DNA of 64,000 bases from Amoebidium appalachense. Taxonomy: Eukaryota > Protista > Ichthyosporea. Made by a program: the position numbers and the translations under genes. The stretch lies in NCBI GenBank assembly GCA_963693365.1, contig CAVNZM010000013.1, forward strand, positions 2,071,817 to 2,135,816, given 5' to 3'. Positions 11,239 through 26,219 of this stretch are shown here, in pieces; within the stretch, counting starts at the first letter, position 1; the number at the start of each line of letters is the position of its first letter. The notes under the pieces are model-generated. The model was given only the letters and a program-made list of their open reading frames with translations, was not told the origin of the DNA and searched no databases.

Positions 11239-14113
11239 TTAAGAGAAGGAAAGTCTCACGTGTGTGTGCACGTGCATACCAGTGAAAGGTGTGTCCCAAG
11301 TAACATGACGGTGAAATTGATTTCTGACGAGTGTGCATGTGAAGAGGCGTGTTCGTAAACGTTGATTCTTCTTATTGTTCGTGTGTGCGTGAGAGTACGT
11401 GTTCAAGTCTGTTTCAAGGCTCCTTCATAACAGTGATGCGCTTCACACTGAGCATCATACACCTGGTTTGGTGGTAGTACAGTGTAAATAGGGTTCATAG
11501 ACTATTAAATAGGGTTATCACGTCATGCCCAATGTAACACGCACATGCGCATGCGCATGAGGACCACTGCATTCAGACTTAACATGATATGGGCTCTCAA
11601 ATGCTCAGTTCACGGGGTACTTGCACACATACATAATTTTGTTCACATACGTTTGAGCGTTTATTTCCTAGCGATGTGGATATGTACATACTCCCATCTT
11701 TAGTCCTCTACAGAGATCTCCTTGGGGGGTTTTTTGTATGCCATTGTATGTATTCATATGTTTCAGCAGTGCAACTTTATCATGGCCCAACTATGCATAC
11801 CGGGATGCATATTATGCACTCACGACACTGAGGCTTATTATATTATACTTGGTAACGGTATTGTTTAGGCTCCAAAGTTTATGCCAGAGAGCTAGTTCAG
11901 CATCTAATCCAATCATGCCCCCATTCAGCCATTCACATATGCATGCATGTGTGACTCCGTATATGCACATGCTGCAGATACGAAGTGCTGGGTTTCTTTT
12001 GCCACCCCAAACCCTCGACCTACACACGAAGCCACCTCACCCTCTAAATTTTCTCCCAACCACGTACAGTAAACTACAGCTGTCGTTCTTACTATGATAT
12101 TCGCCACTCTCTCGTCCTGCATGCCCTCATCAGTTACTTACCAGACATGGAGTATTACATCCATGTTATTTCGCTGCACTGCACCGTGTGACTCACCCAG
12201 CTCTCTAACTTCCACGGCCTGATAGGCATGCACGTGGTTTGAGACTGCGCGCACGTTTTTGGTAATAGGCTTAAATCATAGTTGCCAGACAAGCCTTTCT
12301 TCTCTCCATCGATACAAACGTGCCAGGGGCAAAAAAAAAAAAAAAAAAAAGAATAGGTGTCTTCTTGAGTGTGAGACTGTGAGTGTGATTGAGGCTCTCA
12401 TGTAGGCCACATACCCTGATGCCCATCAGCCCAGGAAGCCGTGGCCTGTTCCGCGCCATTCATTTGATCCCCCCGCCGAACTCCACAAAACTTTTCTGTA
12501 CACGTTCAAATAGGCGTTCATAGTCGCATACCCAGAAAACATGTAAGGGTTTTTCATTATGACAACGTGAATTTTTGATTATAAATTCTTCTAATTGTGT
12601 ATTCGGCGCTTTTAATGTGTTATCTAATAGGTTACTCAGGTTCTGCTTGTCTTCATAAAAGTATGAGACTTATTTCACACTTGAAGAAATTCAGCAGACT
12701 AAGAACCCCCATGGCATTCCATGGGTTTCTCTGTTGACCAAATCCCACATTCCATCGTCCGCATATTTACTAAAACTGCCGCCTCTCCTCAGCCTTGCCA
12801 CGGTCTAATTATAGCACTGAAAAACCTCGCGGTAAGATCTAAGCAATTATGTATGACAGTAGTAAAGTACAAAAGCTTGAATATTTTCTCCTTTCCTAAC
12901 GTATTTCTAGCTGTAAACAATCGAGAAATTCTATTACGACGACGGCACGACGGAACTGCAGCTGCGTGTCGTGGCTATTTGCGGCTATATTTTGCCTCTA
13001 GTCTAGCCAGTGACGGAATTCCTGAATATGTTCAGCAAGCTCTTTCCATTGTAAAGCAGCTCATACTTTGTATTATTTGAGCGCATATTATGTTTCTCTC
13101 TCTATATTCTAGAAGAATATGATGACAGTATGCAACAGTATGTTGTCTTTAAGTGAATTCATGTCGTGTTCACGTTTCCGGCCCACCGAGTTCAAAAAGG
13201 CTAAGAAATAGCATACACCTCGGTAAAGTATAGGGGGGAAAGCCCGCAGCCTCCATCGATTGGTGGTTGGGGGTGATAAATTTATTGCAGATGGTATTCA
13301 ATTCATAAGGGGAGATAGCAGTGCGTGATTTTAGATGTGGCCACTTGATCATTGGTTTCACGTGAGCCCTGCTGTTCGTTGCGAAGAATGCAAAGATATG
13401 TAGGCAAAATAGCTACAATAAAACTAGTCAGTATATTTTTTCAAGATCAATGATATAGGATTGAGGTATTGTCTCTAACGAGAAAGGTCGTCATATTTAG
13501 TGTCCGGCCATCCCCCAACTGCTGTGCACTGTTGAGCAGCAATATTAATCCCTCATTCAAAACGTTCTAGATTAAAATAACTATTTTGATTGGTTGAATA
13601 GAATGGTCTGTCAATAGTTCGGAATACCCATCTCACCGGACCGCATTGGTCTCGCACAAAACCCAACATGGCACTGTGTAAAATCCCAAGACACCATCTT
13701 GAAGACTAGCATGGCAAGCAAAACTACTCTATGTACAGATGGACACTTTGTAGCCTCAGTTTTGGTCCCGTTATTCTCTCCTTATTACACGTTGTATGTG
13801 CCAGGCTGAGTGAGATACAATTCCGAGCACGCCACGAAGTGCACTTTTCCCTAAGTTTTTCTAAGATAGTTGTTTCTTTACACATAAAACAAAAGGAATC
13901 CAGCTCTGTTTGACAGTTGTGCCACACGGAGCAATAGAAAAGCCTTGTCACAACAAACTGTGCTTTTGACACTCACGCGGTGTAACCGTTAGCGCGCACC
14001 GCACCCAACAAGCACTGCCTCCCACACTACCTAACCCAATCATTTTCGCGTGGGCATAGTTGGAGGAAAGCTAGTGTTTAGGTGGTGTAGCGGTGCCTGG
14101 CACCTAGTGGAAG

Positions 14114-15458
14114 ATGAAGGCTGCTATCGGCACACTGTGCGCTCTGGGGGTGTGGGGGGTAGTGGACGCCCAGTGGATAGCACACGTGCTTGTGGAGCAG
14201 TCGGCCGCACACAATGAGTTTGGAGGTGAGTCACCCTGTGAATCGTGTACTTGTGTGGTTGTTTTGTTTTTGTTGTGCGTTGTGTGCAGGAAGTAGTAGA
14301 TGATGAGAGGGGGGAACTGCATACGGTGCTCAGTAAATTGCAGAAATCGAACGATGGAGTCGTGGCGTGCATGTGTCAACCTGCTATTTGTGGGCAGCAC
14401 ACATCAGAACTATGCACCCAGTCACAACACGTACTGCTGTTCATCACACCTGTGCCCTACAGGTCTAGTATAGTATGCAGGACTCTAACCTTTCTAATGG
14501 CCCAGGGGTGTATGGGACGTTTGGGCCGGTGACGGCTATGAGCGGCCAGTTGGTACAGGTGCAGCCGTACGATGCCTGCACACAGATAGTTGACCCGGTG
14601 AGTGTTTTAGTCCATCCCCATCCAACTGCCCAACACATACTGCTATTGAACGAGCGTTTGGCTTCTCCGCAATCATCATCTTGTTTAGCCACTCTAATTA
14701 TGCCTGTTGCCAATCAAACGACCGGTTTTGCTTTAAAACCCGACGTGTATGGTTAAGAATGTATGGGGCAGCTGTGGTATTTGCTTGATAGATGGTTTAA
14801 TTTCGTCTCTCGCATGCTACGATGGATGCTACACAGTCTACACGGCAAGTGTTTGGTTGGCTTGGGGAGTGTGCTTGCGGGGAGGCCAGTGTCGTGACTA
14901 GCTGAACTAAGACGTGCATGTTGTGTGTGCAGGGTTTGGAGCCAGGCACATGGGTAGGTCTGGCACAGAGGGGGGGCAACTGCACGTTCTACGATAAAAT
15001 CATGCGCCTGTCGGAGGCTGGGGCTGCCGCAGTCATCATAGGCAACATCCATGTTACAGAGGTACGTGTGCGCAGGCATGCACGTCGTGTGTCTGTCCGT
15101 GTGTGCGCACATGTGCTTGCGTTTCGGCACGCGGGTGTTTTTTATCTGTGTGGTTCTTGTTGGGGCATGTGTGTAGACAAGTGTGTGTGTGTTGTGTGTG
15201 TGTGTGCACACAGAAAATAAAACCAAACAGTGCCGTGGGGCAGTTGGTACCGTGCACAGACGTGCTACAATGATCTGTGTAGGGCGGATGCATAAATGCG
15301 CAAAATAGTTTCGCTGTGTGCATGTGGTACTTGCTGTGTGCACACTGTGCGGTATATGCCAGCTTTCGTGATACCGTGTGCATTTTGCACACACTTCTGC
15401 GTTCTGTATGGTGTCGAGGTATTCACGTTGCTTCTTAAAACCTTGGCTGTGTTGAGCG

Positions 15459-15491
<33 letters not shown>

Positions 15492-15496
15492 TTTTC

Positions 15497-15528
<32 letters not shown>

Positions 15529-15919
15529 GGCTCGTGTTGGTATGTTGTGCTGACATGGTTTATACGTGTGCAGGTGGTGGTGATGCACGACAGCAGGCCG
15601 GTGGACATTCCTGCCGTGTCGGTGAGCAACGAGGTGGCCAGCCATCTGGAAGTGGCCGGTAGGTTGCTGTGTGTGTGATGCCCTTGCTCTCTGCCTTGCT
15701 GCAGGCTTGTGTGCACTGGTGCTTGTGGGCTTAACTGTGCTTATCAGTATGCGCATGCGCTCATGTGAGCAGATTTTCCCCTTCTTCTCTTACTCCTTTT
15801 CATGATGATTTATGTGCAAAATGTGTACGTGCGTGTGTGCGTAATTGTCTGTGTGTGCGTGTGCGTGTGCGTTGTGCACTCGTGCATGTGTGTTCGCATT
15901 GTGTGTGTGCGCACGCTTG

Positions 15920-15955
<36 letters not shown>

Positions 15956-17244
15956 TGTGTGCGTGCGCGCACGTGTTTGCATGTGTGTGTGTGTGTGCGT
16001 TTGGATAGGGGGGAGGGGGCCGGGAAATTACATAACAAGCTCGCTGCTGCTTTTTAGAAGGTGGAAAACTATGGAGACCACAAGATAACTGGGAGAAACG
16101 AAAAATAACCACATACACATATAGCTGTCTCACAATACTGTCTTCTCCCTCATAGCGTTTGACGATGACTGCATGGTGTACCTGTCGATTGGACCGCAGC
16201 TAACGGCATTCAACTTCATCATGAGCGAGGTGATTCACGATGCGGCTGGGTTCCTCGTGTTCCTGTGCATCACCACCTCCCTCATCACTATTGGCTACTA
16301 CTTCAGGCGCAGGCACATCATCAAGGGCGTAGCAAAGAGGTGTGTGTCTGTGTATGCATGCAAATAGTGTAGATTGTGCTAGCGTGTTTGTGATCTGTTT
16401 GTGCCGGTGTGTGGATATGTGCAGGGGGTGGCAAACAGGTGCGTGTCTGTATGTGGTAGCCAATTGGTGAGTGTCTGGGTGGGTGGCTGCACATATTGGC
16501 ACGTGAACGCCATGTTACTAAAAAGGATGAGCCGGATGTTTCACATAGTGTTTGCCTCCTAAATGCAGGTGTTGCCACCTCTCTCCGCACACATCCTCAT
16601 AGTGACACTTGCTGCGACCCACCCACGTGTACCTCACTAACCTTATTTCTCACCACAGAATCTGGAAGAAGCGCCTAGCAGTTGCATCGGCAGTGAAGAA
16701 TCTGCCGCTTGCGCACTACCCGCCCATCATGTCAACCACCATCACCATCACCTCCACCCCCACACCCACACCCACCCACCACCAGTGCAGCTGCAAGCAC
16801 GGAAATTCCGGCGCCAAATGCGGTGCTGACTACAGCCAATCACAATCCACGGTTGAGCTTGTGGAGCCACCGTGCATGCCTGTGCCGCCCAATGAGAGGC
16901 TGGTGGTTGGGGAGGAGGCGCCTGATTCGTGCGCAATCTGCCTGGAGGAATTTGAGATCGGGGATGAGCTTCGCGCTCTGCCGTGTAGGCACGGGGCACA
17001 CTTTCACCGCGACTGTATCGACCCGTGGTTGACGCTGCACCAGACGTGCCCGCTGTGCAAAAGTAGTTTTCTGACGGAGACACTTCCTGAGGATGTGACG
17101 GAGAGCGAGATGGAAGCACTGGAGTTGGAAGAATGGGAGGAGGATATGTTGAGAGATGCGGGGCTAAGGGTTAGCACTGAGCCCCAGAGCTCAAGATTGA
17201 GAGTAACACTGCAGTTGGGTGCGCCGTCCGGTGGGTCGGTGTAG
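14114..17244 (+). CDS. PA-TM-RING-H2 E3 ubiquitin ligase (RNF13/RNF167/RMR-like), about 420 aa
   Basis: Signal-peptide exon 14114-14225, then a small ambiguous exon near 14290-14330. PA-domain exons ~14481-14597 (GTFGP...GQL...PYDAC), 14933-15061 ([10 protein letters not shown]...[10 protein letters not shown]) and 15574-15658 (VDIPAVSV). TM exon 16156-16339. Final exon 16659-17244 contains CAICLEEF...[18 protein letters not shown]...TCPLC. Confidence 0.88.
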
Positions 17245-17930
17245 CTTAATGGCCTTGGGTGTGTAGTGGAACGTGAGGAGGTATGGTGATGTGATCACTT
17301 GCGAATACGGTTAGGTGCGTGCGTGTTCGTTTTTTATTTTCCCTTCTGTTTTCCATAATTTTTCGCGTGATGATTTTCATTGATATGAAACCCTCATGAA
17401 TGAATAGTGCTAGCTAGATGCTCACCACTGTGTAAGCAGTCAGGCCAAAATGTAGACGATGGTACTGGTATATCGTATGATATATATACGTGGGTATGGT
17501 GCGTGATGTGACGCAAGTGCTCTAATTGGATTAGCCTGAGCTGGCGAGACCCACGATGAATGCAAAGAATGTGGCAGTGCACTTGTAGTGCGTGGCTGCG
17601 ATACATAATCTACGTTTTAATAGGGACGTAGTAGCGATAGTATGATCTGAGCCGGTGCCATGTAGTCCAGATGAAATGTAACCAATCAGAATGCCAAATA
17701 TGGCAAAAATTCTCCATCCATCTCGGCTGATTTGAAAGTTTTAAAACTTTGATATCGGTCGCTGTTGACCGCATTGTACCCCATGTCATCACCGAAGCAT
17801 GCACACACGCGCACACACACACACACAGACACACACACATGTACACAGATACAGATCCGACAACATCAGATGTGACTCCTGGGTGTGAATCCGGGTGTGT
17901 GCACTCAAGCAAACTTCGAATTCACGCGGC

Positions 17931-17962
<32 letters not shown>

Positions 17963-18547
17963 AAACACACAAACACACACACACACACACACACACCAGA
18001 CAACACACGGCACATCATGTCTCCCCTCCTCAACCAAGCCCACACAGAGTTACCCTAAACTTCCACATCGCACTCAGTCTGTAAAAAAAAAAACACACAA
18101 CAACTTAGTATTACACCTCCCGTGTCATCCCGTGTGAATCCGGATTACATTGTTACAATATACATTCAAGCAAACGATCGCGAAGCCGCGGGGCTGCCAA
18201 GTCTTAGAGGGTGTTTAAAAAAAATATAAAAAAACCTGTTAAGACGAACACCCTCTGAGGAAATATGCTATCTACTTGGTGGTACAGTATAAACTACCTA
18301 GGATCGGCTGCAGCTGGCAGCTAGCAGCATGGTGTTACTTACTACAGACGTACATGTGCACCGGCACGACGACGAGGCATTTCACGGTTTCATGCATGTG
18401 CCACGTGCACAGTCGCGGTGCCACTGGGTGACTCAGGCACCCACCACTAGTTGCACGGGCCTGGCTATGTTTCCTAGTTGTTCTTTCAGAAAGGCTATAT
18501 CCTCCGATAGTTTTCCTGACTTTTCCGTGGTCTTGTTGTGTCCCTAG

Positions 18548-19046
18548 GAAACATAGCCAGGCACAACACCACACCCACCACCAACACAACACCCACTACT
18601 ACACACACTGCACCCACCACCACCGCACCTACACCCACCCCACCCCCCATCCCCTACCCCTACTACTACCCGCCCTACCCCTACGCCCCTCCTCATCCCC
18701 CCCCCTCTCCTACCCCCCTCCAGCTGATCCCCAGAAACGCCCTCCCCCCTCCCCACTCCCTGAACCCCCAGCACAGAAGAAACCATCCCTTTCCCCACCC
18801 CTCCCCCCACCCCAAGCACTGGTGGCCCCCGTAGGTGAAGTAGGGACGTTGAATAATCAACCTGATACCCCCAACAAGCGTGACGTAGCTTACTGGAAAG
18901 GAAAAGGAAAAGAAATTCTCGTAGCCGCATACACTAAGGCACTCAGAGAGGATAGGCAGACTGGCATTGGAGCAGCATACGGGGTGAAAACTAGAAAGAA
19001 CCAGGGCCCCAACATTGAGGCTATAGCTAAAGCACAGGACAAGTGA
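18548..19046 (+). CDS. Possible exon or gene fragment: Thr/Pro/Tyr-rich segment followed by a basic, globular-looking segment; product unknown
   Basis: Acceptor-like tgtccctag, then GNIARHNTTPT...PYPYYYPPYPYAPPHPPP. After an apparent frameshift in the C-run at 18697-18705 it reads ADPQKRPPPSPLPEPPAQKKP...VAYWKGKGKEILVAAYTKALREDRQ...AQDK-stop. No family recognised. Confidence 0.3.
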
Positions 19047-19193
19047 GCCCGACCGTATACGCACTGGAGCTGGCTAGGACTGGCTAGGAACTACTCACAG
19101 AGTTCCCCTCCCAACACAAGTACACATCCACACACACACACACATACATACACACATACACCGTGACACATATCCACTAACACACACACACAC

Positions 19194-19260
<67 letters not shown>

Positions 19261-19276
19261 CTGCATGCGCGTACAC

Positions 19277-19311
<35 letters not shown>

Positions 19312-19463
19312 TCTACACACATCTACACACGCGCACACCAACACGCGCACACGTACACAAGCACACACAGACACACAGATCCCATCGGAACCCCACTAAC
19401 CCACCCCCACTAACCATACTAACTTCCTTATACTAACCGCCCCCTCCCCCTCCCCCTTCCCCT

Positions 19464-19502
<39 letters not shown>

Positions 19503-20796
19503 ACCCCACCCCAACCCTTTTCCCCCTTTTTCCCCTTAGTACCTCGATATGGTTAGTGATAGCTATGATATAAACAACCCCCTTCCCCTCCATTCCCCGT
19601 CCTTCCCCCCTCTCCTCCTCCATCCCTCTTTCTCTCCTCTTCTCTCCCCTTCTCCCCTTTCCCCCCCTCCCCCCCCCCCCCCCCCCCCCAACCCAACAAC
19701 CCGGGGTGACCACATCTGCATAACACACACACAAACACGTATACAAACACACTTACAATCACATACAACATACACACACCAAGCACACACAAACACCTAC
19801 ACACACGTATACACGCAGACACCCGTATATCGGAAATAGATCAATCTCTAGACCATAGATCTGTGGGAAAGGATATGTACGTATATCAAAATTCTAACTT
19901 GTAGATATATTTGGAATTTGGATGCATGTAAAATGTTGATTCATCTCTAAACTAGTTCGGTTCTGGTTCAATAGCATTTTTTATTATTATTTTATTATTT
20001 GTTTATGTTTACGTTATTAGATAGCTCCTAATGTAAAACGAACCCACGTACCATAGATGAACACGGTTGAACAATTGCTATTATCGGATTGGATAAATGC
20101 ATAGTGTTAGTCACCAATGAGATATCAGAAATACACCCATATATCCACCTTTAACTTTCGACCAATAGGAATAGATCTTGTCCTGATAGCAAGCTATTGG
20201 AAAACTGTAGCCCGAACTCACCACACCACACACACACAACTTCTTTGCAGTGTACAGCAGTTCCCGTAAAGTTTCTCGTCTGTGCTTGGGGGGTTAGCAC
20301 ACACACCATACACCGGCAACACCAGCACGCTTAGCTATAAGGACGCCTGGGGCAGGGACTTTAGCGCTAGTCCACTAGATCCATTCTAGACCACACAGTA
20401 GATAGGGGGGGGTGGTGACGGCCTCCCCAGGCCTCACCCCTCTTTGGTGTAACTACTGTTGGCTGAGCACCTTATAGCATAGCTGGTTTTACACGGTCTG
20501 CTCTTGTACACCTACACACACCGACACACAACATAAGTATACGAAAATACAGTGAATACACTACAAAATACACCACCACCCGGCATATCAATAAAGTCAA
20601 TTTTTCAAATTCAATTCGCATTAGGAGGAAATAATGAAAAAAGAAGAACCAAAAACCTTCAGGAAACACGATTATAGTATGTTTTCTATGAATTGAAGAT
20701 ATTTATATGTGTTCAAAAACAGCTTAAATATGTGCTTTTGAACCTCTCTAGAGACCTAATATTGCTTTGTGCTTGTCACTGGTTGATTAAAAAATG

Positions 20797-20801
<5 letters not shown>

Positions 20802-20872
<71 letters not shown>
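20802..20872. repeat. (TA)n microsatellite
   Basis: Directly visible. Confidence 0.95.
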
Positions 20873-20875
<3 letters not shown>

Positions 20876-21278
20876 TAATGATTGGGATTGTTTTTTAGCT
20901 CAGATTTGTTCTGCATTGCTCTTTTAGAGGCTGACTTGCTTGCTGTGCCTCGGTAGGTTTTGAGGGGGGCCTGTTTGGAAGCAGCAGTAATGAGGTCTTC
21001 TTGCGAAGTGTGGTCTGGTCAACATCGATGCATATGACCGTGTTGGAGCAAACTAGTTTCACGCATACACGTACACTTAAGGTTTTGCCCGCTGGTGTCC
21101 TTTGTCACTTGTCGCTTTATTTTTATTTCGTAGCTTTGGCTTTTTCAGTTCTATTGGTGGTTATGTAGCCTGTGGCTGCACGTTGCCTTCATTAACGGAT
21201 CAATAAAACCGAGTCAAAAGAAGAAAAAAAATTATATAAAAAAAATTGAGGGGTACGAGCAAGGGTGAAGAGTGATAA

Positions 21279-21470
21279 ATTGGTAAACCAATTGCAAGTT
21301 TTGCAACGCGTCACCGGTGTACAGTTGTATACCGATGGGTGCGATTTTAGCCAATCGTAAGGTTGATTACTGCTGCTGGAGGATAAAGCACTCCTATTGG
21401 TCATAATTAACCAATAGGAACAGATACCATTAGAGTGTTGCCCTTTTAGCCAATCAGCGTTCTCTATTGG
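21279..21470. promoter_or_regulatory. Cluster of CCAAT boxes upstream of the LCAT-like gene
   Basis: Seven CCAAT/ATTGG pentamers at 21279, 21288, 21351, 21396, 21411, 21450 and 21466, about 340-530 bp upstream of ATG 21813. Confidence 0.5.
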
Positions 21471-21812
21471 GCAACTCCTTGTTTTTGTCCTTCCGGGCCG
21501 TGCGTCACTCATTCGGGATGCAGTCACCTCTGGGCCAAGGCTTCGTTTTGTGTTCTGTAGAGCCTCGGTTTTGCGTTCCAAGCAGGAGAAAGAGGGGCAG
21601 GGAAGAGGCTGATGCATGCAGGATAAATAATCGACTAAGTTCTAAACTACCTAGGCCCATACGCAGCGTGCATCAACTTCTAGGGCCATTCCTGCCTTTG
21701 TGCGTAATGGTTTGGCCACAGCGGTACCCAACCCATGCAGCAGGTTCATGAGCACTCAAATACCCGCACCTAATAGAAACAAACAAGCATAGGCGAGTGC
21801 AAAGCAGCAAAA

Positions 21813-24800
21813 ATGGCTCCATCTCTTCTCCGCAACGTGCCTGTTGTGCTTGTGCCGGGCATGAAGGGATCCATCCTTGCCGATCGCCTGACTGGCCAGC
21901 GGGTGTGGCTGGATGGCAACGTGGCACTTTCAGACCAGCTGTCCCCATCCACATCCCTCAAGCTGCCACGCGTGTTTGAAAACGGAGTGCAGGTGATACA
22001 TATGTGTGCGTGAGATGCCACTGGGGGGGGAGGAGGGGGGGGAGGGGGGGGGGAGGAAGAAGAAGAAGGATATGTTGCAAAGGGGAGAGTGTGTCTTTAG
22101 AGACGCCTTTGGTTTCTGTGGCTGTTTGGAACGTTTTGTTCTGCTTGAACTACAGGTGAGGCCCCATCTGAGACGCATCAGTTAGCTACAAGAGCACACG
22201 CGTGGTGTTTGCCTGCAAGTGTCCTCTAAACGGCCCCACCACCCGCTCCCACACAAGCCTTACTCATGAAATCTTCGGTAGTTGACGTCGCTCTGTAAGG
22301 AGCTCGGTGCTCCCTCGCTGTTCCTAGTAGGTTAGCGCCGATCGTTATGAACTTTAGCTTTCGCTACTTCGTTGTCTTGAATTCTCTTTCTTTTCTGTTC
22401 CGACGTTGCCTCCATACCTTTTACTGCCGTATGTTCTTGCATTCGCCATCTTACCCGTTCCCTCCGGTGTTGCTGACCGTCCTTTTGCACAGAGGCACGA
22501 TGGGCTGCAGTCGTCGGGGATTGTGGAGGACATCACTTTCCTCTACCTTTACAAGATGCAGTTCTATGGCGCCTTCCTACACGTACGTAACAAAGCTTTT
22601 CTATGGTTATGCCATTTGAGTTCCTCTTGGCTAGATAACGTAGGCTGCATATGATGTCCACTTAGTGCATCTGTATGATGAGTGATGTATTGCTAACGGC
22701 GTGTCACGTACCTCCATGCCTTACGTGGGACAGCATTGAGCTACAATGTTCACCACCGTTGCGACTTTCTACACCTTTAACACATCTAAGCCTGCTGGTC
22801 ATTGTTCCCGCTCGTGCTCGCGAAAGGAGAGGAGACGCAATTTGTGTAACAGGGTTCTGGTTGCAGGCACTGCGGGGTGCTGGTCGTGAGGTGCACGTGT
22901 TTCACTACGATTGGAGACGGTCGCTGCTGGAGGCGGCAGACCAGCTGGAGGCCTTTGTGCTGTCCGTGTGTGCTAGGTCAGGCGCACAGGTGCAGGTGCG
23001 TGGCAGGAAGATACGTGCGCTCACAGGCAGGAGCATACACTCAAACAGGCAGGCACATACACTCAAACAGGCAGGCACATACACTCAAACAGGCAGGCAC
23101 AGGCACATACACTCAAACAGGCAGGCACATACACTCAAAAGGCAGGCACATACACTCACATCCAGGCACATACACTCAAACAGGCAGGCACATGCACTCA
23201 CAGGCAGGAACATATGAACAAAATCTAGCTATACGCGCATGCACAAGCAAAGCTCTACAGGTGCACACAAGCAAAGCACATTCGAAAAAAACTGGCACCT
23301 ATGTACGGAGATAGGCAGGCACGTATGGATGTAGTGAGTATGTGTTGACGTTTGGATGAAGTAGTAGGCACCTGTGCATGTAGGTATTAAACATATGTAT
23401 AGATGTAATAGACACAGATGCATGTAGCCAGCACATATGCATGCAGGCAGGCTCACATGCCAGGCAATGAGGTACACACACAAAATGCACACACAAATAG
23501 GCACATACACACGTAAGCAAGGTGCATACACACAAACACAGGCAAACGTACACACACACAACAAATGGACATACAAATAGGCAAATGTGCACACACAGGT
23601 AAGGCACATATAAACACAGTACAGGCAAGGCACATAAACACACAAAAATTGGCTAACGTGTGCATGCATGGGCAATGGTGCCGCACACATACACGTACAC
23701 CTACACCCAACCGCACACGTGCAGGCATGTTGGGCTGCACCTATGCAAACACCGAGGTACAGAGCACTAGCCCACAGTTGTTGCCGCACGGCTCTTAAAG
23801 ATCTACCAGTATCATCACATACGGTCATGAATGCACGTAATATCACATACAGACACACATCAGTATCGCAGGCACATAGTGGTACACAGGGGCACACACA
23901 CAGGATGGTACAGGCACGTGCATGTAAGCACGTACACTCAACAAACATAGAAACACACGACCATGGCAGTCATTAGGTGTGGGCTATATGGGGCATGGGT
24001 CTAACTCTATGGTCCCCCAGCTTGTGTGTCACAGCATGGGTGGCATGGCCGGTATGATGCTGCTCAACCGCCATCCTGAATGGTTCCATTCGGTATGCCT
24101 TTATTTATTTATTTATTTATTTACTTATTTATTTATTTCTTTATTTATTTATTTATTTATTTTGGGGGGGGGGGGTGTGGGAGGGGGAGAGGGGGGAGGG
24201 GGGGGGGGGGGGGAGGGGGGACGGGGGACGGACGTATATGTGTGTGTCCGTACATGACTTGGCTGTCGTTCACAATCTCAATGACCAGGTGACTGGTGCA
24301 GTGGTCAGAATGATCGACAGCACAGTGCAGCCTCAAAACAGCCCATGCATGCTGGCTCCATTCACACTGTTTGCGTGTTATCCTAAAATTAACATGCTTT
24401 CTCCTAGCCGCCGCACTGCAAGGAGTGCACTGTGAAATTTGTGGTGAAGCTGCTCCCGAATACCAGAACTGGGGATAAGGGCACGACGGACCTTGGGCAC
24501 ATCTGATTGGCTGGGGGTCACAGGTGTTGTTTGCCGGCACACCGTTCCAGCCCACGGCACCCCGCTGGATCGAGGAGGTGTCGGTGGGCAAGACCGTGGG
24601 CCTTAACCGCCAGGTAGGCCCAAATATGGTTATGCTGCATGTGGTGTACCCTTATAAGGTTATCTAATATGGTTATGCTGCATGAGTTCTAATACAGTTA
24701 TGCTGCAAATGCTGCGAACTAATACGACTGGCTACATAGCAACTGCACATGTGTGCGCTGCCATGACTACATACACTGCATTTGGTGTGGCCTGTGCACG

Positions 24801-25366
24801 TGTGCTTTCACCCTCATCCATCACTCGTCATACACCTTATTCAGATGCAACCCCCCCCCCCCCCCCCCCTCCTGTTCCCCACCCCCCCCCCCCTCCACCC
24901 CCCCCCCCCCCCCCGCCGCGCCCAAACCCCCCCCCCCCCCCTTTGCATGAAGGCCCTGACTTTGGTTTCTCGAGTGCAGTTGGTACACCCACGAACAACC
25001 CACCACCTTACCTCTCTCCACATTCTTTTAACCGCGTTTTCCATTTGCGTAGAGTGGGCAGTGTGGGTGGGGTGAGGGTGGGAGAAGTCAAATCATGAGA
25101 AAATCCGTCGTGTTTAAGTTTGTAGTGTTGTGCCCAACGTGCAACATGCACGTGCTAACACGTCAGCTAGAAATGTGCACGTCCTAACAGACCCCTCCTG
25201 ACTGTGCACGTGCAGATACTCGCAGCAGATGTTGCGTTCAGCTTCACCAGCTGCTATGCTTTCCTGCCCCCGCACGGTCAAGGAATGGTGGATGCACACG
25301 GCAACGAGGTGTGTGTGTGTGTGTGTGTGCTTGTGTGCGTGTGTGTGTCTGTCTGTGTGTGTGTGC

Positions 25367-25440
<74 letters not shown>

Positions 25441-26181
25441 ACGTGCGCGCGCGTGTGAATGCGTGTGTTGATGGATATATCACCGTTCTAGTCTTTAAAG
25501 CGCTCACCCACATCTTTAGCCACTGTCTGCAGCTAAAGGGCACAGTCCATCTGATACTGCGCACAGACTTCACTGTGTTCGGTAGGCCACAAGGCACACT
25601 TTTGACACCACACACACACACACACACACACACACAAGTAGACACACACACACACACCCATACACACACACACACACACACACATACACAAACACACACT
25701 GCAGATCGTGCTGGACTACTATGACCCGCAGGTGTGGGTTGAGCGGCAGTTCAGCGTGTTCCACCCCAAGCACCCTCACAGTGTCGTGGGCAGGGAGGGA
25801 GCTTACAGGGAGGCTTATGCCTACCTGTGTGAGGCACTGAGGCTGGGGAGGGAGGTCAGGAGGCAGATACAGTGCAGGTGTGTGGGTGGGTGTGTGTGTG
25901 TTGGGGGCGGGGGGGAGGGGGGGGGGGGGGGAGGAGGGGGTTGTGTGTGTGGGTCTTTGCTGATGTGGGCCTGAGAGGCACACGTTGTGTGTGTGTGCAC
26001 TCAGTCACCAGCGCACATGTAAGTTGCAGGTCAGGAGGGTCTGTGATTAGGCAACAACATGATACTATGCACGTGCATGAATAAAGGGGGACTGAGGGGC
26101 AAGGTGGTGTGGCACATGCATGCTCATTGCACGTGGGTTGGTCGCTTACCAGCCACTGTACCATATGCACACGCACGACAA

Positions 26182-26219
<38 letters not shown>

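Noticed and set aside
11300-14000. Short ORFs in AT-richer intergenic DNA
   Set aside because: No recognisable domain or consistent splice structure.
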